Virus record (IMG/VR): IMGVR_UViG_3300031466_000058
Coordinates: 25,903 to 89,902 of that record
Source of the DNA: a virus
Lineage: Duplodnaviria > Caudoviricetes
Direction: 5' to 3' (one strand)
DNA length: 64,000 nt
Shown: piece after piece, positions 28,577-40,075 of the stretch
Layout: the number at the start of each line of letters is the position of its first letter
Numbering within the stretch: position 1 is the stretch's first letter
Notes under the pieces: generated by a model
Seen by the model: only the letters and a program-made list of their open reading frames with translations
What the model was told of the DNA's origin: nothing
Database searches by the model: none
Translations under genes and position numbers: made by a program

Positions 28577-31500
28577 TTAACGACCTTTCTTCTTAATCCC
28601 TTTGAGAATTTCTGTGGCAATATCTTTGGCTTTCTTCTTATCTCCACCTTCAACTGTCACGTTAATATCGCCATATGTAATGTTGTTTACGATAGTTCCT
28701 GCTGTCGCAAGTTTATCTATTACACTACTACGTTTAATGTCTGGCATAATCCGTCTCACTTTATCCATAATCTTAGCTGTGTCTAAGATATGTGATGTCT
28801 GTTTTTCGTTAAGGACAAGCTCTTTCTTATGAAGCAATGCAAGTTTACCGTCTTGACCTGCCCATTCACCTGTATAACCACCTGTTCTCAATCCAATTAC
28901 ATCTCGCTCTCTTACCCAAGCGATAGCGTCATTGATGTTGTTTCTCTTAGCAAGTGCTACATAGCCACCTCTTATGTTTACAACATATAGAGGGTCACTA
29001 TATCCTACACCTGCGTATTTAGCTTGGTCTGCCCAAGGTCTTACTTGTCTACCGTAAGAATCTATGTAAGCAGGAGCATTTTTAACGTTAACTTTAGCTT
29101 TACCTCCAACTTTCAGAGGTTTACCGCCTTTGTTTGATGATTTTGATGATGAAGGTGGTGCTGTAGGTGCTTTTGCATCATAAATTACCGCAGAACTTCC
29201 TCCACTCCATGTTGTCTCTTTTGGGTTGCCTACGCTATACCCATCTCCGATGTAAACACCGTATTTAGACTTTTGAGCGTCAGCTACTTGGTCTAGTAGA
29301 CCTTCGCTGTTGAAGTTCATGTTACTAATGTCAATTCCGAACAATTCAGCAAACTCTTGTTTTAATTCTTCTGAGAATCCAGAGAATCCTTTAGTTAGAT
29401 TGTTGAAGTTACCTTGTGTCATTCTAGCTAACTGTTTACTCATTTCTTCTAATTCTTGGGTTAATGTTGAGAAGCTACCTTTAATGAAGTTCTCTCTCAT
29501 TTCTGCCCATTTTCTTTCATCGTTTAACATATCATCATAATACTTAGAAATGTCGCCAGCTTCTTTGTCAAGTTCTTCAACTCTTGTGTCATAATCTTCT
29601 TGTTCTGCTTCTTTTTGAGCTTCAAGTTCATCAATTTGTTGTTTACGTTGATTCTCAATTTCTTCACGAAGAAGTTTGTCTTGACGTTCTCTCATAAATT
29701 GAGCAATTTCTTGGTCTAACTGTTCTAGTTCTCTGCGTAATTCATCTACACGTTTACGTCCTTCGACAGATGTATCTCTTGATAAAAGTGAGATTTTATT
29801 AACTAGTTCGGCACGTTTTTTGTTTTTCTCATCAAGTTGTTCTTGATATTCAGCTTCTTCTTTCTCTTTATCCATAGCTTTTAGACGCTCATCGTACACA
29901 TTATTAATGCGTTCGATTTCTTTATCATACATCTTCATTTTTTCTTCGTGTGCCTTTTGTAGTTCACGTTTTTCTAACTCGATGGCTTTTAACGCCATAT
30001 CCTTCATTTTTCCATAGTAGTCTTTTAATTGGCTGATACCTTTGTCAGCTACAGTTCCACGAGCGTCTTCAATATCTTTTTCTGCTCTTAATACTTGTAG
30101 TGTAATATCTTCTAAGCTTTCTTTTGCGTTATCTAATTCTTGTTTAACCTTTTGAGCTTCTTTAGATGATTTACCGTATTTCTTAACTGCCTTATCATAT
30201 TCTTTTTGTAAGTGATTTACCATGTTTCGAATTGTTGCTTCTTGTTCTGAGTATCCTCTAGCTCTTTTAGCTAGTAAATCTAACTCCTTCTTAATGTTTT
30301 CTGGGTCAGTTAATTCTAACACGTCTAATTCAAACTGAATGTTATCCACTTTAGCTGTTATACCCTCGATAGCGTTATTGTATTTTCCAACAATTTCGTC
30401 TACCCAATCGATAAAGATTTCTGTCATGTTGTTTTTAATCTTCTGATTAGTTTCTTCAATCGACCTTTCTAGGCTTTGGATTTTGTCAATGTTTTGCTCG
30501 TATTCTCTTTGTAACTCGTTATATTTCTTACGTTGTGCTTCTGAATGTTTACTTGTTTGACCTAGAGATTTAATTTGTTTTTCAATCTGTTTTTGTCTAT
30601 TCTTAAGTCGGCTAAGTTCTGCCTTTTCGATAGAAGCTAATTTTTGTGATTCGAAAATTACTTGCTTCAATGCATTTCTGTATTGCAATGTATTTTCAGT
30701 CATCGCTCTCATTCGTGTTTCAATCATACTTATAGCATGACTATAAGCGTCTGCTGTTCTGTCATTTTTGTTCCATGTATAAAGTGCTTCAAGTTCTTTC
30801 TTATTGGCGAAAGCCATAAACTGATAATCACCGTCTAGGTTAACTCCACCTTCATAGATAGATGGTTGAATGATACCAGAAGTACCAGAACCTCCACCAC
30901 CTTCGACAGAGCCACCTTCACCAGACAATGCACCGAAACCGCCACTAATATAAGCACCGAACCCACCGTAGCTTCTAATTTTTCTTAACAAGCCTAATTC
31001 TTCACCTGCTTGTCTCCATAAGTCAACAGCACGAGTTCTATGTTGTTCAAGAGGGATTACAACTTCACGCTTATCGTCTTCACCGACTATAGCTAGATGT
31101 TCTTTCTCGATGAATCCACCTTCTTCATATCCTACACCTCTCCAACCTCTCAACAGAGAACCATAACGAGCAAGTGTATATCGGATAGAAGCTAAAATGT
31201 TGTCCAAAGGATTCCAAATATTGTTATAACCCGGCATCTTATATGCTTGGAATGTTGGGTCAATAACTTGCATTAAACCTTTAGATGGAGTTCCACGTTT
31301 TGCGTTAATATCCCATAAGTTGATTGCTCTTGGGTTTCCACCTGACTCAGTTCGCATTTGGAACAATAATCTTTCAAGGTTTGCTGGTGTTAATTGACCT
31401 GTCATAGCCAGAGCTTTCATAGCTACTCCACGCCAACGTTCTACGCCACCACCGTAGCCACCACTTGCGAAGTTGCTCCAATCATTAGACACATAAGCTT

Positions 31501-34500
31501 TAATCATTTCCCAACTGTCGAATACACCGCCACCGAAATCACTAAAGACTTGTTTACCTAATGATTTTAAATCCTCGCCAGTTAAACCGTTGGCTAAACC
31601 TTTAATTACCCATCCACCAAGTTCTTCAAACACACGAGATGGTGAGTGAATGCCTAATTCCTTCTTGAATCGTTTAACCATATCTTTGGCAACAGCATCC
31701 ATTGAGCTTGAAGCACTTTCCATATGGTCTCTTACGCCTTTGCCGATTTTAGAAGGCAATTTTTTAGCTACATTAACAATATTTTCCATACCTTCTTGGA
31801 AGACTTTTTTCATGTTATTAGAGATTTCTCTAATGACCTTAACTAAATCTCCACCTCTAGCTCTTGTATCTTTGATGATATCATTCCATGCATTAATTGT
31901 AACTTTTTCTAGGTTTCTAACAGCAATTCCATGTCTTTGATATTCATTAACTATAGCCATTGTTTTTGTGGAGATAATCACTGACATAGATACATATGCC
32001 TGTGCAATTAATCCTGCTGTTGATGCGATAGCTGTTCCATAAGTGCTTGTTGTCATTACAACACTTCGCATTGACGATGATATTGACGATTGAGAAATTG
32101 CAAGTTTTTGATTGAATACAGCAACAGATGATAATACACCTGTTAATTCTTGTAGTTTAGTCACATATTCGCTTAATTTATTTACAGCATTTTGTGTTGT
32201 GGCTCCAATCGTGCTCATTACAACAGCATATAATGCTGATGCACCATTTAATCCCGATATTTTTTGAGCAAGATTATCAACTTCACTTTTTAAAGATTTC
32301 ATGTATTCTTTGGCTTCATTGGCATCTTTTTTGAATCCATTGAATGCATCTAACGGGATTTCTCTGGCTTTATTATTCATTTTACTTAAAGCATTTTGAA
32401 CATCTTTAATAGCTTCTTTAGCTTTAACAGCTTCTCTTTCTAATTCTCCAAAATCACCTTTATTGCTGTCAAATAAACTTTTAATCTCATCTCTAACAGT
32501 CTCCATAGCACCTTTAAGTTTATCAACTGTGCCTTGAATGGAGTCTAAGAATTTAACATTTTCCCATACACCTTCCAATGCTTCTGAAAGGAATTGGACT
32601 TTTTCGGTTGTTGTTTCCAAACCAGAGAATAATTTCGTGAAGTCAATTTGTGAATAATCATTAGGTAACGACTTAGCTTTCTCTTTAAGTATTTCGTGTT
32701 CTGTAATAGTATCGCTAAGAGCTATCTTAGCATCTTCAGCGTCAGCCTCGATTGTTGCTAATGTTGTCGAGCCTGTAGCATCATTCAACACAAGTTTAAT
32801 ATTTCCTGCATCATCTTTAACAAGTCCTAAATCAAATCCTAGTTCTCCCAATTGTCTTTGCAATGTATTTAACCATTGCGATTCTGTGCCATCAGCCATT
32901 GCTAACTTCAAGCCACCTGTGTTATCTTGTGTTACTATGATTTTACCATCTAATTCTTCTAGCTGTTGCTTGATTGTATCAATGTATGCAGACCTGCTAA
33001 CTGTATCAGCTTTCTCTTTGAATGTATTGAATTTTCCAGTTAATGTTTCAACAGCTTGTGCCTGTGCGTCAGTAGCTTCTGCGTTTTCTTTCTTAGCTTG
33101 TGTATCTTCTTTTGTTTTGTTTTTGCTATTTTCTGTAGCACTTGCTTCCGCTTCTCTCTCTGCATTTAAAAGTCCTAAAACATCTAAAATAGCAGTTTGC
33201 CAGTTTTGATGTTCGATGTATTTCATAAGTAGGTCATCTTGTGTGATACCTAACTTTTTAAGTTTTTCAATTTGTTCTTCTGACAATTCGTTCCAAGCAG
33301 TTACGCCATCTGCTGTTTCATTTAAGACAGGGTTTAATTCACCTGTTACCTGTGTTAAGAATGCGATATTTTCAATGTTTTTCAATAATTGTTCTTCTGA
33401 TACACCAAGAGATAATGCTGTGTTAGATAAGGCTTCATTGTACTCCCAATGCTTACTTGCACTTTCTCCTAACTTGTCATTGTAAAGCATAATTAATGCA
33501 ATGTTAGATTCTAGTGCTTTCATTTCTTCGGAAGCACCATCACCAAGGAGAGCAGATGTTAAATCGATAGTTTCAAGTAATGAAGCATTGTAATCATCAA
33601 GAGCTGATGTAGTTTCTTCGAAACCTTGTTTTAATGCTTGTTGATAGATTTCAGCATTCTGTTGCTCTTTAGCTAAGTTACCAACGATTTTAGTTGCTTC
33701 ATCTGTTGAGTAACCCATAGCTTTAATTCTTTCGATATATGAACCAAACGACTCTTCACCTGCTGTTTTCATTTCATAGCTTATTTGTGCTAATTCTACA
33801 ATTTGGTCATTAATATCATCCATCTCTTTAAATTTGTAGAAACTCTCATCTAAAGACGATGCTACAGAGTCTATAGCAGTTCTAACATCGTTAAAACTTG
33901 CTTGTGAACCGTCTGTTGCTTTGTAGACTTCTTCAAATGCACTACTGTAAGCTTTAGCTATTTCCGTACCTTTTTGAGCTATAGCTTTACCTTTTGTTTC
34001 AAGAAAGTCTGCTATTTCTTTATGAGAAGCTCCTTCTTTTTCTAGCTCTTTAAGTCTTTTGTTAATTGATTTTGTGTGAGAACTAGAGTAGTCCTCAATT
34101 GCTTCTATTTGCTTATCTGAAAGTTTAGACATTACTCCGTCAACTTCCATATATGCTAATGTTTGGTCACTTATCAATTTATTTATAACATTTAGCTGAT
34201 GAGCACGTTCTTGTTGAAGTTGTAATAGTTTCTGTTCTTCTTTTGCTAATGCTTTAGCATTATTTATTTCTATTACACCTTTACCATCTTTTGTTTTTAT
34301 AGTAGAATTTTCTGGCATAGCAAATACTTCATATCCAGTAACCATGGGAACTTCCGATGTTTCTGGTTTCTTTCTAAGCTCTGCTATTTTCTTAGAAGTT
34401 TTTTCAATGTTTTCAGATAATTTGTTCCAACTCTCAACTTCTTTTTCTATTTTTTCTTTAAATTCAGCTTTAGTAACATTTGCTTTTGCACGAGACAATT

Positions 34501-37500
34501 TTTCCAATGTAGGAATTTGGTCTTTCATAGCCTCAGTAGATTTTAATACAGCGTTTCCTTCTTCGTCATAGTGGTCAATTAATGTTGGAAAATTTTCGAC
34601 TAATTGTGCCCTTAAAGCTTGATATTCTTGTTCTTCTTCTGTTGTTCTATTTGCTTTATCTGCCAATTTATCATATTGGTTAATTAAATCTTCTAAACCT
34701 TTAGCAGAACCTACTTTATGGAAAGCTTCAACCATTCTGTTTTGTTGTTTTTCAAATTCTTCTGCTTCACGTTTTGCTTCTGCCATCTTTCCGATAAAGT
34801 GTTCAATTAGCATACCTACTCCAACAAAGACAGCACCTATTACGGTAGAAGCTAAAGCACCTTTTATGCTAGCACCTAAAGTCTTGGCTGCTGTTGTAGC
34901 ACCGTTCATAGCGGTTTCTACACCTTTAGTTGCTGTGGTTGTTGCTAGCATAGTTTTTTGTGCTGTTTGCATTTCTTGTGCAGTTATGCGAGATTCTTTT
35001 CCTAAAGATGTAACTTTATCAATTAATCCAACAAATCCAGAATGAATCTTGCTTAAATATCCAAATTTACCCATTACTCCTGCAATAGCTAAGAATAATG
35101 CAGGTAAAGCACCGAACTTATCTATTAAGTCAGTAACAACTTGTGCAAGTGATTTACCTAGTTCAATTAAAGTCATCATCCCATCGCTAAGTATAGCGTC
35201 TCCAACAGATAACGCCAACTCTGTGAATCCTACTTTAAGCTGATTGATTCTAGCTTCGAAGGATTCTAGGTACTTATCATTCTCACGCATAGCAGAACCT
35301 TGTGATGTTAAAGCGGTAGTTGTAGCTTCTATAGCCATATCCCAGTTGTTCATCATGGCTAAGAAACGTGATAATTGATAACGTCCTGCTAACGTTACAC
35401 CGATCTGTTGTCTTTGAGCGTCACTCAATTCATCCCACTTAGAACCTAAATCTGATAGAATGTCTTGAACAGGTCTTACGTTGCCCTCCATATCTTTAAT
35501 CTGAACGTTTACACTATTAAGGATTGTTTCTGCATCATCCATAGTTGTAATACGAGAATAGATAGTTTTAAGTGCGTTACCGATAATCTTACCGCTCTCT
35601 TGCGTTACAGCAGAAATGGCTGTAATATGACCGACAGATTCTTCCATTGTTACACCGAATGTTTTAGCAGTAGAAGCTGTCTTAGACAAACCTTCTGCTA
35701 GCTGTTTCGTACTTACAGCGAAGTTGTTGTCAACTTCGTTGAAAGCATCAACAATTCTAATTGATTCTTCGGCTTCAATATTGAATGCGTTCATTGTAGA
35801 AATTAATGCTTCTCCTGCTTCAATAGCAGATAATTCAGAAACGTTAGACATTAATGTAGCTGTATTAGTAATAGCTAATAATTGTCTCTCGTTAAACTCA
35901 CCGAATGTACGTGAGAAATCATTTAAAGTCTGCATTACATCATGAACATTATTACCTAATTGTTTAGATAGGTCAACAGCACCTTTAAAGATTTTATCGA
36001 TTTGTATATCATCGCTAGCAACACGCTTTAACTCTGTCAAAGCTTTGTCCACTTGTAGAATTTCTCTACTCATAGCTTGAACAGCACGAATGCTTCCGTA
36101 GAACGCTGTCATAGCTGTCATCCAGACAGGCACACGTTCCATAGCAATTCTTAATTGTTCAAACACACCTAAGTTACGGTTGGCGTTATAGTCAAGACCT
36201 TGTTGCATTTGTCTTAATTCGCCATTAGCTCTATCTAAGTCAACAACATATGATTTTACAGTTTTACCTGTACCTGCCATCTTAATGCGTAAACGGTCTA
36301 CCGCACGACCAAGATGGTCAGTTGTTTGTTCCATTTTAACAGTTTCTACTTGACCTTTGTAAATTTGACCTATATAAGCCTGTAAAGCCTGAACGTCTCT
36401 GTTATCTACAGCAGTTCTTATATTTTGAGCCATCACAGCGTCATTAACGTTTGTAGGTTGCCCAGATAATAATACTTTACCTTCACTTATAACTCGTTTA
36501 TTTTCGTCTCGTAAATCCTTAACTTGTTTATTAACTCTGTAGTATAATTTTTCTAGGTCAGCGTAGCCTTTCATAGCTACGTTTTGCATGTTTCTAATAC
36601 TTTTTTCGATTTCCTCTGCTGTTTGATTTTGCATTCTTCCGTATTCTCTTAGTTTACGTTCAGCTTTGTCCATAAGAGCTATAGTTCTATCTAACTCTTT
36701 ATCGTTGTCGTTGCTATTTCTTAAAGCATTCATCTGTTTCTGGATTTCAATCCAGTCTCTAGCATGCTTTGCTCTTTCAGCCATATGTTTAATTTCTCTG
36801 ATAAGTCTATTAGATGTTTCATCGTCAGACGGAGTTTGTCTTTCGATTCTTCTTAATTCTCTTAGCAATTGTATACGTTTTTTAGTATTTTCTAAAATTT
36901 TCTTCTGATTCGTTTCACGTTTCTTTTCTTCGTCTTGCAATCTTCGAAGTTCTAATCTTTGTTCTGCAATAGAAGAAGTACCTTCTTTAACGTTTTTAAT
37001 TAATTGCTGATAAGGTTTAATATCGAACATAGAGCCATCTTTTTGAATACCTCTGTCTCTGGCAACACGAATGTCTCTAAGTAGTTTTTGTCTTTCAATA
37101 TATTCTTTGTTTGTCTTATCAATTTGTTGTTGCAACACTTGCTCTTCTTTAATTTGTCTTTTAAGGTCTTTTACAGCGTCATTAGTTAGTGTTCCTTGCC
37201 CTGCTCTTCTCTCTAATTCAGCGTAAGAACTCCATAAAGCATCTTTGCCTTTACTATCTTGTAGCTTTTGAATTTCAGCACTTAAAGACCTTAGAGATTG
37301 AGTTGCTTTGTGAACATGCTTTTGTGTAGCATCTACAGTTTCTTGTGTGATAGGAGTGAATTTACCTGCTTCTTTATTCCACTCATATCTAATTTTATGT
37401 ACAACACCATTAGCTTTTTCTAACTGTGCAACGAAACCTCTTACATTACCTTCGGCATCACGAAACTCACTAAATCCAAATAGACCGCTACCTGTTTTTG

Positions 37501-37999
37501 GACTATACATTTGACGTAGAGCTTTTTCAGCTTCTTTAATTTCGTCAATCATTTGATAAGTCATAGAATTTGAAGAGCGTTTTCCACCTTGCCCTGCTCC
37601 ACTAATTACTCGGTTATGCTTGTTGACTTGCTCTTGCATTTTTTTGACTTGTTCGCCATATTTCTTATTAAATTCATCAACAACTCTATTTACTTCTTGA
37701 AGTTGTTTCCTGATTTGTGTAGCCGAACCTTTAACATCAATTTCAACCTTTATTTTAATAGGTTTTAATGTTTTGGCAGTATTAAGAGACGTTTGTAATA
37801 GTCTCATTTGTTTCTTTAGTTCGCCAATTTTATAATCTAGTTCAACCTGTAGTTTTACAGGATTTTTTTCTAACTTTTTACTGATTTCTTTAATTTGTTC
37901 TTTGATTCTAGGTAAGCTACCTTTAACATCTAGCTCTGCTCTTATTTTTACAACCTGTGCTTTTAAGAGCATATTTAAATCATTTTGTCCTGCCAACAT
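28577..37999 (-). CDS. Tape measure protein with lytic transglycosylase domain (3140 aa)
   Basis: TP901-type TMP core (AVSTKQLAEGL...IGNALKTIYSR), LGIHSPSRVF, SLT motif ESGGNPRAINLWD...GLMQ, long coiled coils. Confidence 0.95.
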   Translation of the reverse strand: MLAGQNDLNMLLKAQVVKIRAELDVKGSLPRIKEQIKEISKKLEKNPVKLQVELDYKIGELKKQMRLLQTSLNTAKTLKPIKIKVEIDVKGSATQIRKQLQEVNRVVDEFNKKYGEQVKKMQEQVNKHNRVISGAGQGGKRSSNSMTYQMIDEIKEAEKALRQMYSPKTGSGLFGFSEFRDAEGNVRGFVAQLEKANGVVHKIRYEWNKEAGKFTPITQETVDATQKHVHKATQSLRSLSAEIQKLQDSKGKDALWSSYAELERRAGQGTLTNDAVKDLKRQIKEEQVLQQQIDKTNKEYIERQKLLRDIRVARDRGIQKDGSMFDIKPYQQLIKNVKEGTSSIAEQRLELRRLQDEEKKRETNQKKILENTKKRIQLLRELRRIERQTPSDDETSNRLIREIKHMAERAKHARDWIEIQKQMNALRNSNDNDKELDRTIALMDKAERKLREYGRMQNQTAEEIEKSIRNMQNVAMKGYADLEKLYYRVNKQVKDLRDENKRVISEGKVLLSGQPTNVNDAVMAQNIRTAVDNRDVQALQAYIGQIYKGQVETVKMEQTTDHLGRAVDRLRIKMAGTGKTVKSYVVDLDRANGELRQMQQGLDYNANRNLGVFEQLRIAMERVPVWMTAMTAFYGSIRAVQAMSREILQVDKALTELKRVASDDIQIDKIFKGAVDLSKQLGNNVHDVMQTLNDFSRTFGEFNERQLLAITNTATLMSNVSELSAIEAGEALISTMNAFNIEAEESIRIVDAFNEVDNNFAVSTKQLAEGLSKTASTAKTFGVTMEESVGHITAISAVTQESGKIIGNALKTIYSRITTMDDAETILNSVNVQIKDMEGNVRPVQDILSDLGSKWDELSDAQRQQIGVTLAGRYQLSRFLAMMNNWDMAIEATTTALTSQGSAMRENDKYLESFEARINQLKVGFTELALSVGDAILSDGMMTLIELGKSLAQVVTDLIDKFGALPALFLAIAGVMGKFGYLSKIHSGFVGLIDKVTSLGKESRITAQEMQTAQKTMLATTTATKGVETAMNGATTAAKTLGASIKGALASTVIGAVFVGVGMLIEHFIGKMAEAKREAEEFEKQQNRMVEAFHKVGSAKGLEDLINQYDKLADKANRTTEEEQEYQALRAQLVENFPTLIDHYDEEGNAVLKSTEAMKDQIPTLEKLSRAKANVTKAEFKEKIEKEVESWNKLSENIEKTSKKIAELRKKPETSEVPMVTGYEVFAMPENSTIKTKDGKGVIEINNAKALAKEEQKLLQLQQERAHQLNVINKLISDQTLAYMEVDGVMSKLSDKQIEAIEDYSSSHTKSINKRLKELEKEGASHKEIADFLETKGKAIAQKGTEIAKAYSSAFEEVYKATDGSQASFNDVRTAIDSVASSLDESFYKFKEMDDINDQIVELAQISYEMKTAGEESFGSYIERIKAMGYSTDEATKIVGNLAKEQQNAEIYQQALKQGFEETTSALDDYNASLLETIDLTSALLGDGASEEMKALESNIALIMLYNDKLGESASKHWEYNEALSNTALSLGVSEEQLLKNIENIAFLTQVTGELNPVLNETADGVTAWNELSEEQIEKLKKLGITQDDLLMKYIEHQNWQTAILDVLGLLNAEREAEASATENSKNKTKEDTQAKKENAEATDAQAQAVETLTGKFNTFKEKADTVSRSAYIDTIKQQLEELDGKIIVTQDNTGGLKLAMADGTESQWLNTLQRQLGELGFDLGLVKDDAGNIKLVLNDATGSTTLATIEADAEDAKIALSDTITEHEILKEKAKSLPNDYSQIDFTKLFSGLETTTEKVQFLSEALEGVWENVKFLDSIQGTVDKLKGAMETVRDEIKSLFDSNKGDFGELEREAVKAKEAIKDVQNALSKMNNKAREIPLDAFNGFKKDANEAKEYMKSLKSEVDNLAQKISGLNGASALYAVVMSTIGATTQNAVNKLSEYVTKLQELTGVLSSVAVFNQKLAISQSSISSSMRSVVMTTSTYGTAIASTAGLIAQAYVSMSVIISTKTMAIVNEYQRHGIAVRNLEKVTINAWNDIIKDTRARGGDLVKVIREISNNMKKVFQEGMENIVNVAKKLPSKIGKGVRDHMESASSSMDAVAKDMVKRFKKELGIHSPSRVFEELGGWVIKGLANGLTGEDLKSLGKQVFSDFGGGVFDSWEMIKAYVSNDWSNFASGGYGGGVERWRGVAMKALAMTGQLTPANLERLLFQMRTESGGNPRAINLWDINAKRGTPSKGLMQVIDPTFQAYKMPGYNNIWNPLDNILASIRYTLARYGSLLRGWRGVGYEEGGFIEKEHLAIVGEDDKREVVIPLEQHRTRAVDLWRQAGEELGLLRKIRSYGGFGAYISGGFGALSGEGGSVEGGGGSGTSGIIQPSIYEGGVNLDGDYQFMAFANKKELEALYTWNKNDRTADAYSHAISMIETRMRAMTENTLQYRNALKQVIFESQKLASIEKAELSRLKNRQKQIEKQIKSLGQTSKHSEAQRKKYNELQREYEQNIDKIQSLERSIEETNQKIKNNMTEIFIDWVDEIVGKYNNAIEGITAKVDNIQFELDVLELTDPENIKKELDLLAKRARGYSEQEATIRNMVNHLQKEYDKAVKKYGKSSKEAQKVKQELDNAKESLEDITLQVLRAEKDIEDARGTVADKGISQLKDYYGKMKDMALKAIELEKRELQKAHEEKMKMYDKEIERINNVYDERLKAMDKEKEEAEYQEQLDEKNKKRAELVNKISLLSRDTSVEGRKRVDELRRELEQLDQEIAQFMRERQDKLLREEIENQRKQQIDELEAQKEAEQEDYDTRVEELDKEAGDISKYYDDMLNDERKWAEMRENFIKGSFSTLTQELEEMSKQLARMTQGNFNNLTKGFSGFSEELKQEFAELFGIDISNMNFNSEGLLDQVADAQKSKYGVYIGDGYSVGNPKETTWSGGSSAVIYDAKAPTAPPSSSKSSNKGGKPLKVGGKAKVNVKNAPAYIDSYGRQVRPWADQAKYAGVGYSDPLYVVNIRGGYVALAKRNNINDAIAWVRERDVIGLRTGGYTGEWAGQDGKLALLHKKELVLNEKQTSHILDTAKIMDKVRRIMPDIKRSSVIDKLATAGTIVNNITYGDINVTVEGGDKKKAKDIATEILKGIKKKGR

Positions 38000-38037
38000 T
38001 TTTCACCCCTTTTTATAATCCAAAAAGAGTATTTTAG

Positions 38038-38112
38038 CAATACCCTTAATTCTTTTTATTAATGTTTACTATATTAACTTAATAAACATTAATGAAAGAA
38101 TTAAGGGTATTG
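38038..38112. repeat. ~30-bp-arm imperfect inverted repeat
   Basis: CAATACCCTTAATTCTTT..ATTAATGTTTA / TAAACATTAAT.AAAGAATTAAGGGTATTG. Confidence 0.85.
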
Positions 38113-38122
38113 TATGTACCCC

Positions 38123-39070
38123 TTAACCCACTTTATTCAATTCTGATTCTTCGTACTTTCTTTTATTCTGAATACCTGCAATTTTAAATGCATTCATTAG
38201 CGAGCCGAACACTTTTGCATAATATCTCGCACTCCTAGCAAATTCACATTTATCAATTGTTCTGCTAGTTACATACCCATCTCTTTTGTGCAAAATTTTT
38301 AAATCGTTAATCATTTTCTTTTTCTCGTAATGTAACTCAATTTCTTTTGTGAAACCACATTCTATTTTTGCGTTTTTAATAGTGCCAAAAATCCTATAAA
38401 TAGTAGAATATGAAGGCAGATAGTCAGTATTTTTAAAATCATCTCTATCAGGAAATTTTTTATTACTTTTTATGAAGAATTTTAAACTTTCAATAACTTC
38501 ATCTTTTTCATACTCTTTCCTATCAAAATCATTCTCATTATCTATATATTTATATAGATTAGATTTTATCAAAGCGTTCTTAAAGCTTCCAAACCTTAAT
38601 CTATATGTCTCTGAATTTGGGTAATCGGAATCATTGTCTAAATCTCTTGTAGTTGGAACTGAATTATTTTCATGATAATATTTCTTCAGATAGTTTATCA
38701 AATCATTGTCAGAATATATAGTAGCTTTTTCACTCATAATCTCTTTTATATCTTCTGGGTATATATATGAATTATTGTTTTCATCGGGTTGCAATATATT
38801 ATACCCATATCTAAAATCGAAGCTATTATAGTATTTCATCCAATAATTTTCTCTCTCTATTAAAACATCTTTTTCACAATACTCTATAACTTCAAATTTA
38901 AAGCTATTTTCTCCATACTTATTCCAAGAGCGTTGTAAATGATTATTGTAATGGGCGTTTCTTCTAAGATATGATTTGTGAGACCTAAATCTAGTATATA
39001 TATTAGATGCCTTGCCTATATAAACTTTTTTGTTAACAATGTTAACTATTTTATATATTCCGCTATTCAT
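38123..39070 (-). CDS. GIY-YIG homing endonuclease with C-terminal helical repeats
   Basis: SGIYKIVN..NKKVYIG, HYNNHLQRSWNKYGE, GYN; three repeats ending Y...FGS..NA. Confidence 0.9.
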   Translation of the reverse strand: MNSGIYKIVNIVNKKVYIGKASNIYTRFRSHKSYLRRNAHYNNHLQRSWNKYGENSFKFEVIEYCEKDVLIERENYWMKYYNSFDFRYGYNILQPDENNNSYIYPEDIKEIMSEKATIYSDNDLINYLKKYYHENNSVPTTRDLDNDSDYPNSETYRLRFGSFKNALIKSNLYKYIDNENDFDRKEYEKDEVIESLKFFIKSNKKFPDRDDFKNTDYLPSYSTIYRIFGTIKNAKIECGFTKEIELHYEKKKMINDLKILHKRDGYVTSRTIDKCEFARSARYYAKVFGSLMNAFKIAGIQNKRKYEESELNKVG

Positions 39071-40068
39071 CAGAATAACTCATCCAACTCATCTGAATTA
39101 TCCTTAACTATATATATTTGAGTTGTGGACGAAGATTCGTGTCCTAGCAAGGCTTGTACTGATTCTACACTTTTACCATCTTCAACGACAGCATTTGTCG
39201 CTCTACTACTTCTAAATAAGTGAGGATGGACAGGTCTACCACCTAAAATCTCACTAAACTGTTTACACCATAAATTAAAAGCATTAGCTGACAACTGTTT
39301 ATATCCGTCTTTAGCTTTTCTTACGAATACATATGGACAGTCATCATCTGGAAATATTGACTTACGATATTCTAACCATTTCTTAATAGCTCTCATAGCT
39401 TTTTCGTCAAAAGCAAATTTACGAATCTTTCCTTCTCGACCTTTACCTTTGGCTCTTATATTGTGAGTTACATAGTATGGTTTTTCATTTCCATGCTTGT
39501 CTTTATGCTTCTCATAAGTGACAACTTCCGTTAATAGTTGCCTAGATTCCTCTCTACGACAACCTGTTGAGTATGTAAACAGTACCCACGCTAATTTTTG
39601 CCACTCCTCTTTTTTAGTAAGATAATCTACTAATTTATCGATTTCTTTTGTTGTTAACGGTTTCTTTTCTTTTACAGGAGATTTGGCAACGTTAGGAATT
39701 GCCTTTGTAAAGATATTTCTAAACATTGGATATTCGTCATTGTAATAAACTTCAATAAACCCACATAGACTAGAAACAGCCGAACGTTTGAATTTTATAC
39801 CGCTAGGACTTAACCCTTTTTCAATGAGCCAGTTTTGATACTTTAGAGCGTCTCTAGGTTTTAAATCTGGTATATCCTTATTCCTAGCATAATCGTGAAC
39901 CCACTTAGCAAAAATTCTTAAAGCTGACTTATATTGTTTAAGAGTTTTCGGGGAAAGATGTTGTTGAGACAAGAAATCTTCGATAATTTCTTTATTAATC
40001 TCATTAACTTCATTCTCCCAGAACTCATCTGTAACCTCTTCTATTTTTTTATATGCCATAGCTTTCAC
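39070..40068 (-). CDS. Tyrosine recombinase (XerC/D-like) in tail module
   Basis: STGCRREE, KGKG, HPHLFRSSRAT, LLGHESSSTTQIY catalytic set. Confidence 0.92.
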   Translation of the reverse strand: MKAMAYKKIEEVTDEFWENEVNEINKEIIEDFLSQQHLSPKTLKQYKSALRIFAKWVHDYARNKDIPDLKPRDALKYQNWLIEKGLSPSGIKFKRSAVSSLCGFIEVYYNDEYPMFRNIFTKAIPNVAKSPVKEKKPLTTKEIDKLVDYLTKKEEWQKLAWVLFTYSTGCRREESRQLLTEVVTYEKHKDKHGNEKPYYVTHNIRAKGKGREGKIRKFAFDEKAMRAIKKWLEYRKSIFPDDDCPYVFVRKAKDGYKQLSANAFNLWCKQFSEILGGRPVHPHLFRSSRATNAVVEDGKSVESVQALLGHESSSTTQIYIVKDNSDELDELF

Positions 40069-40075
40069 CTACTTC

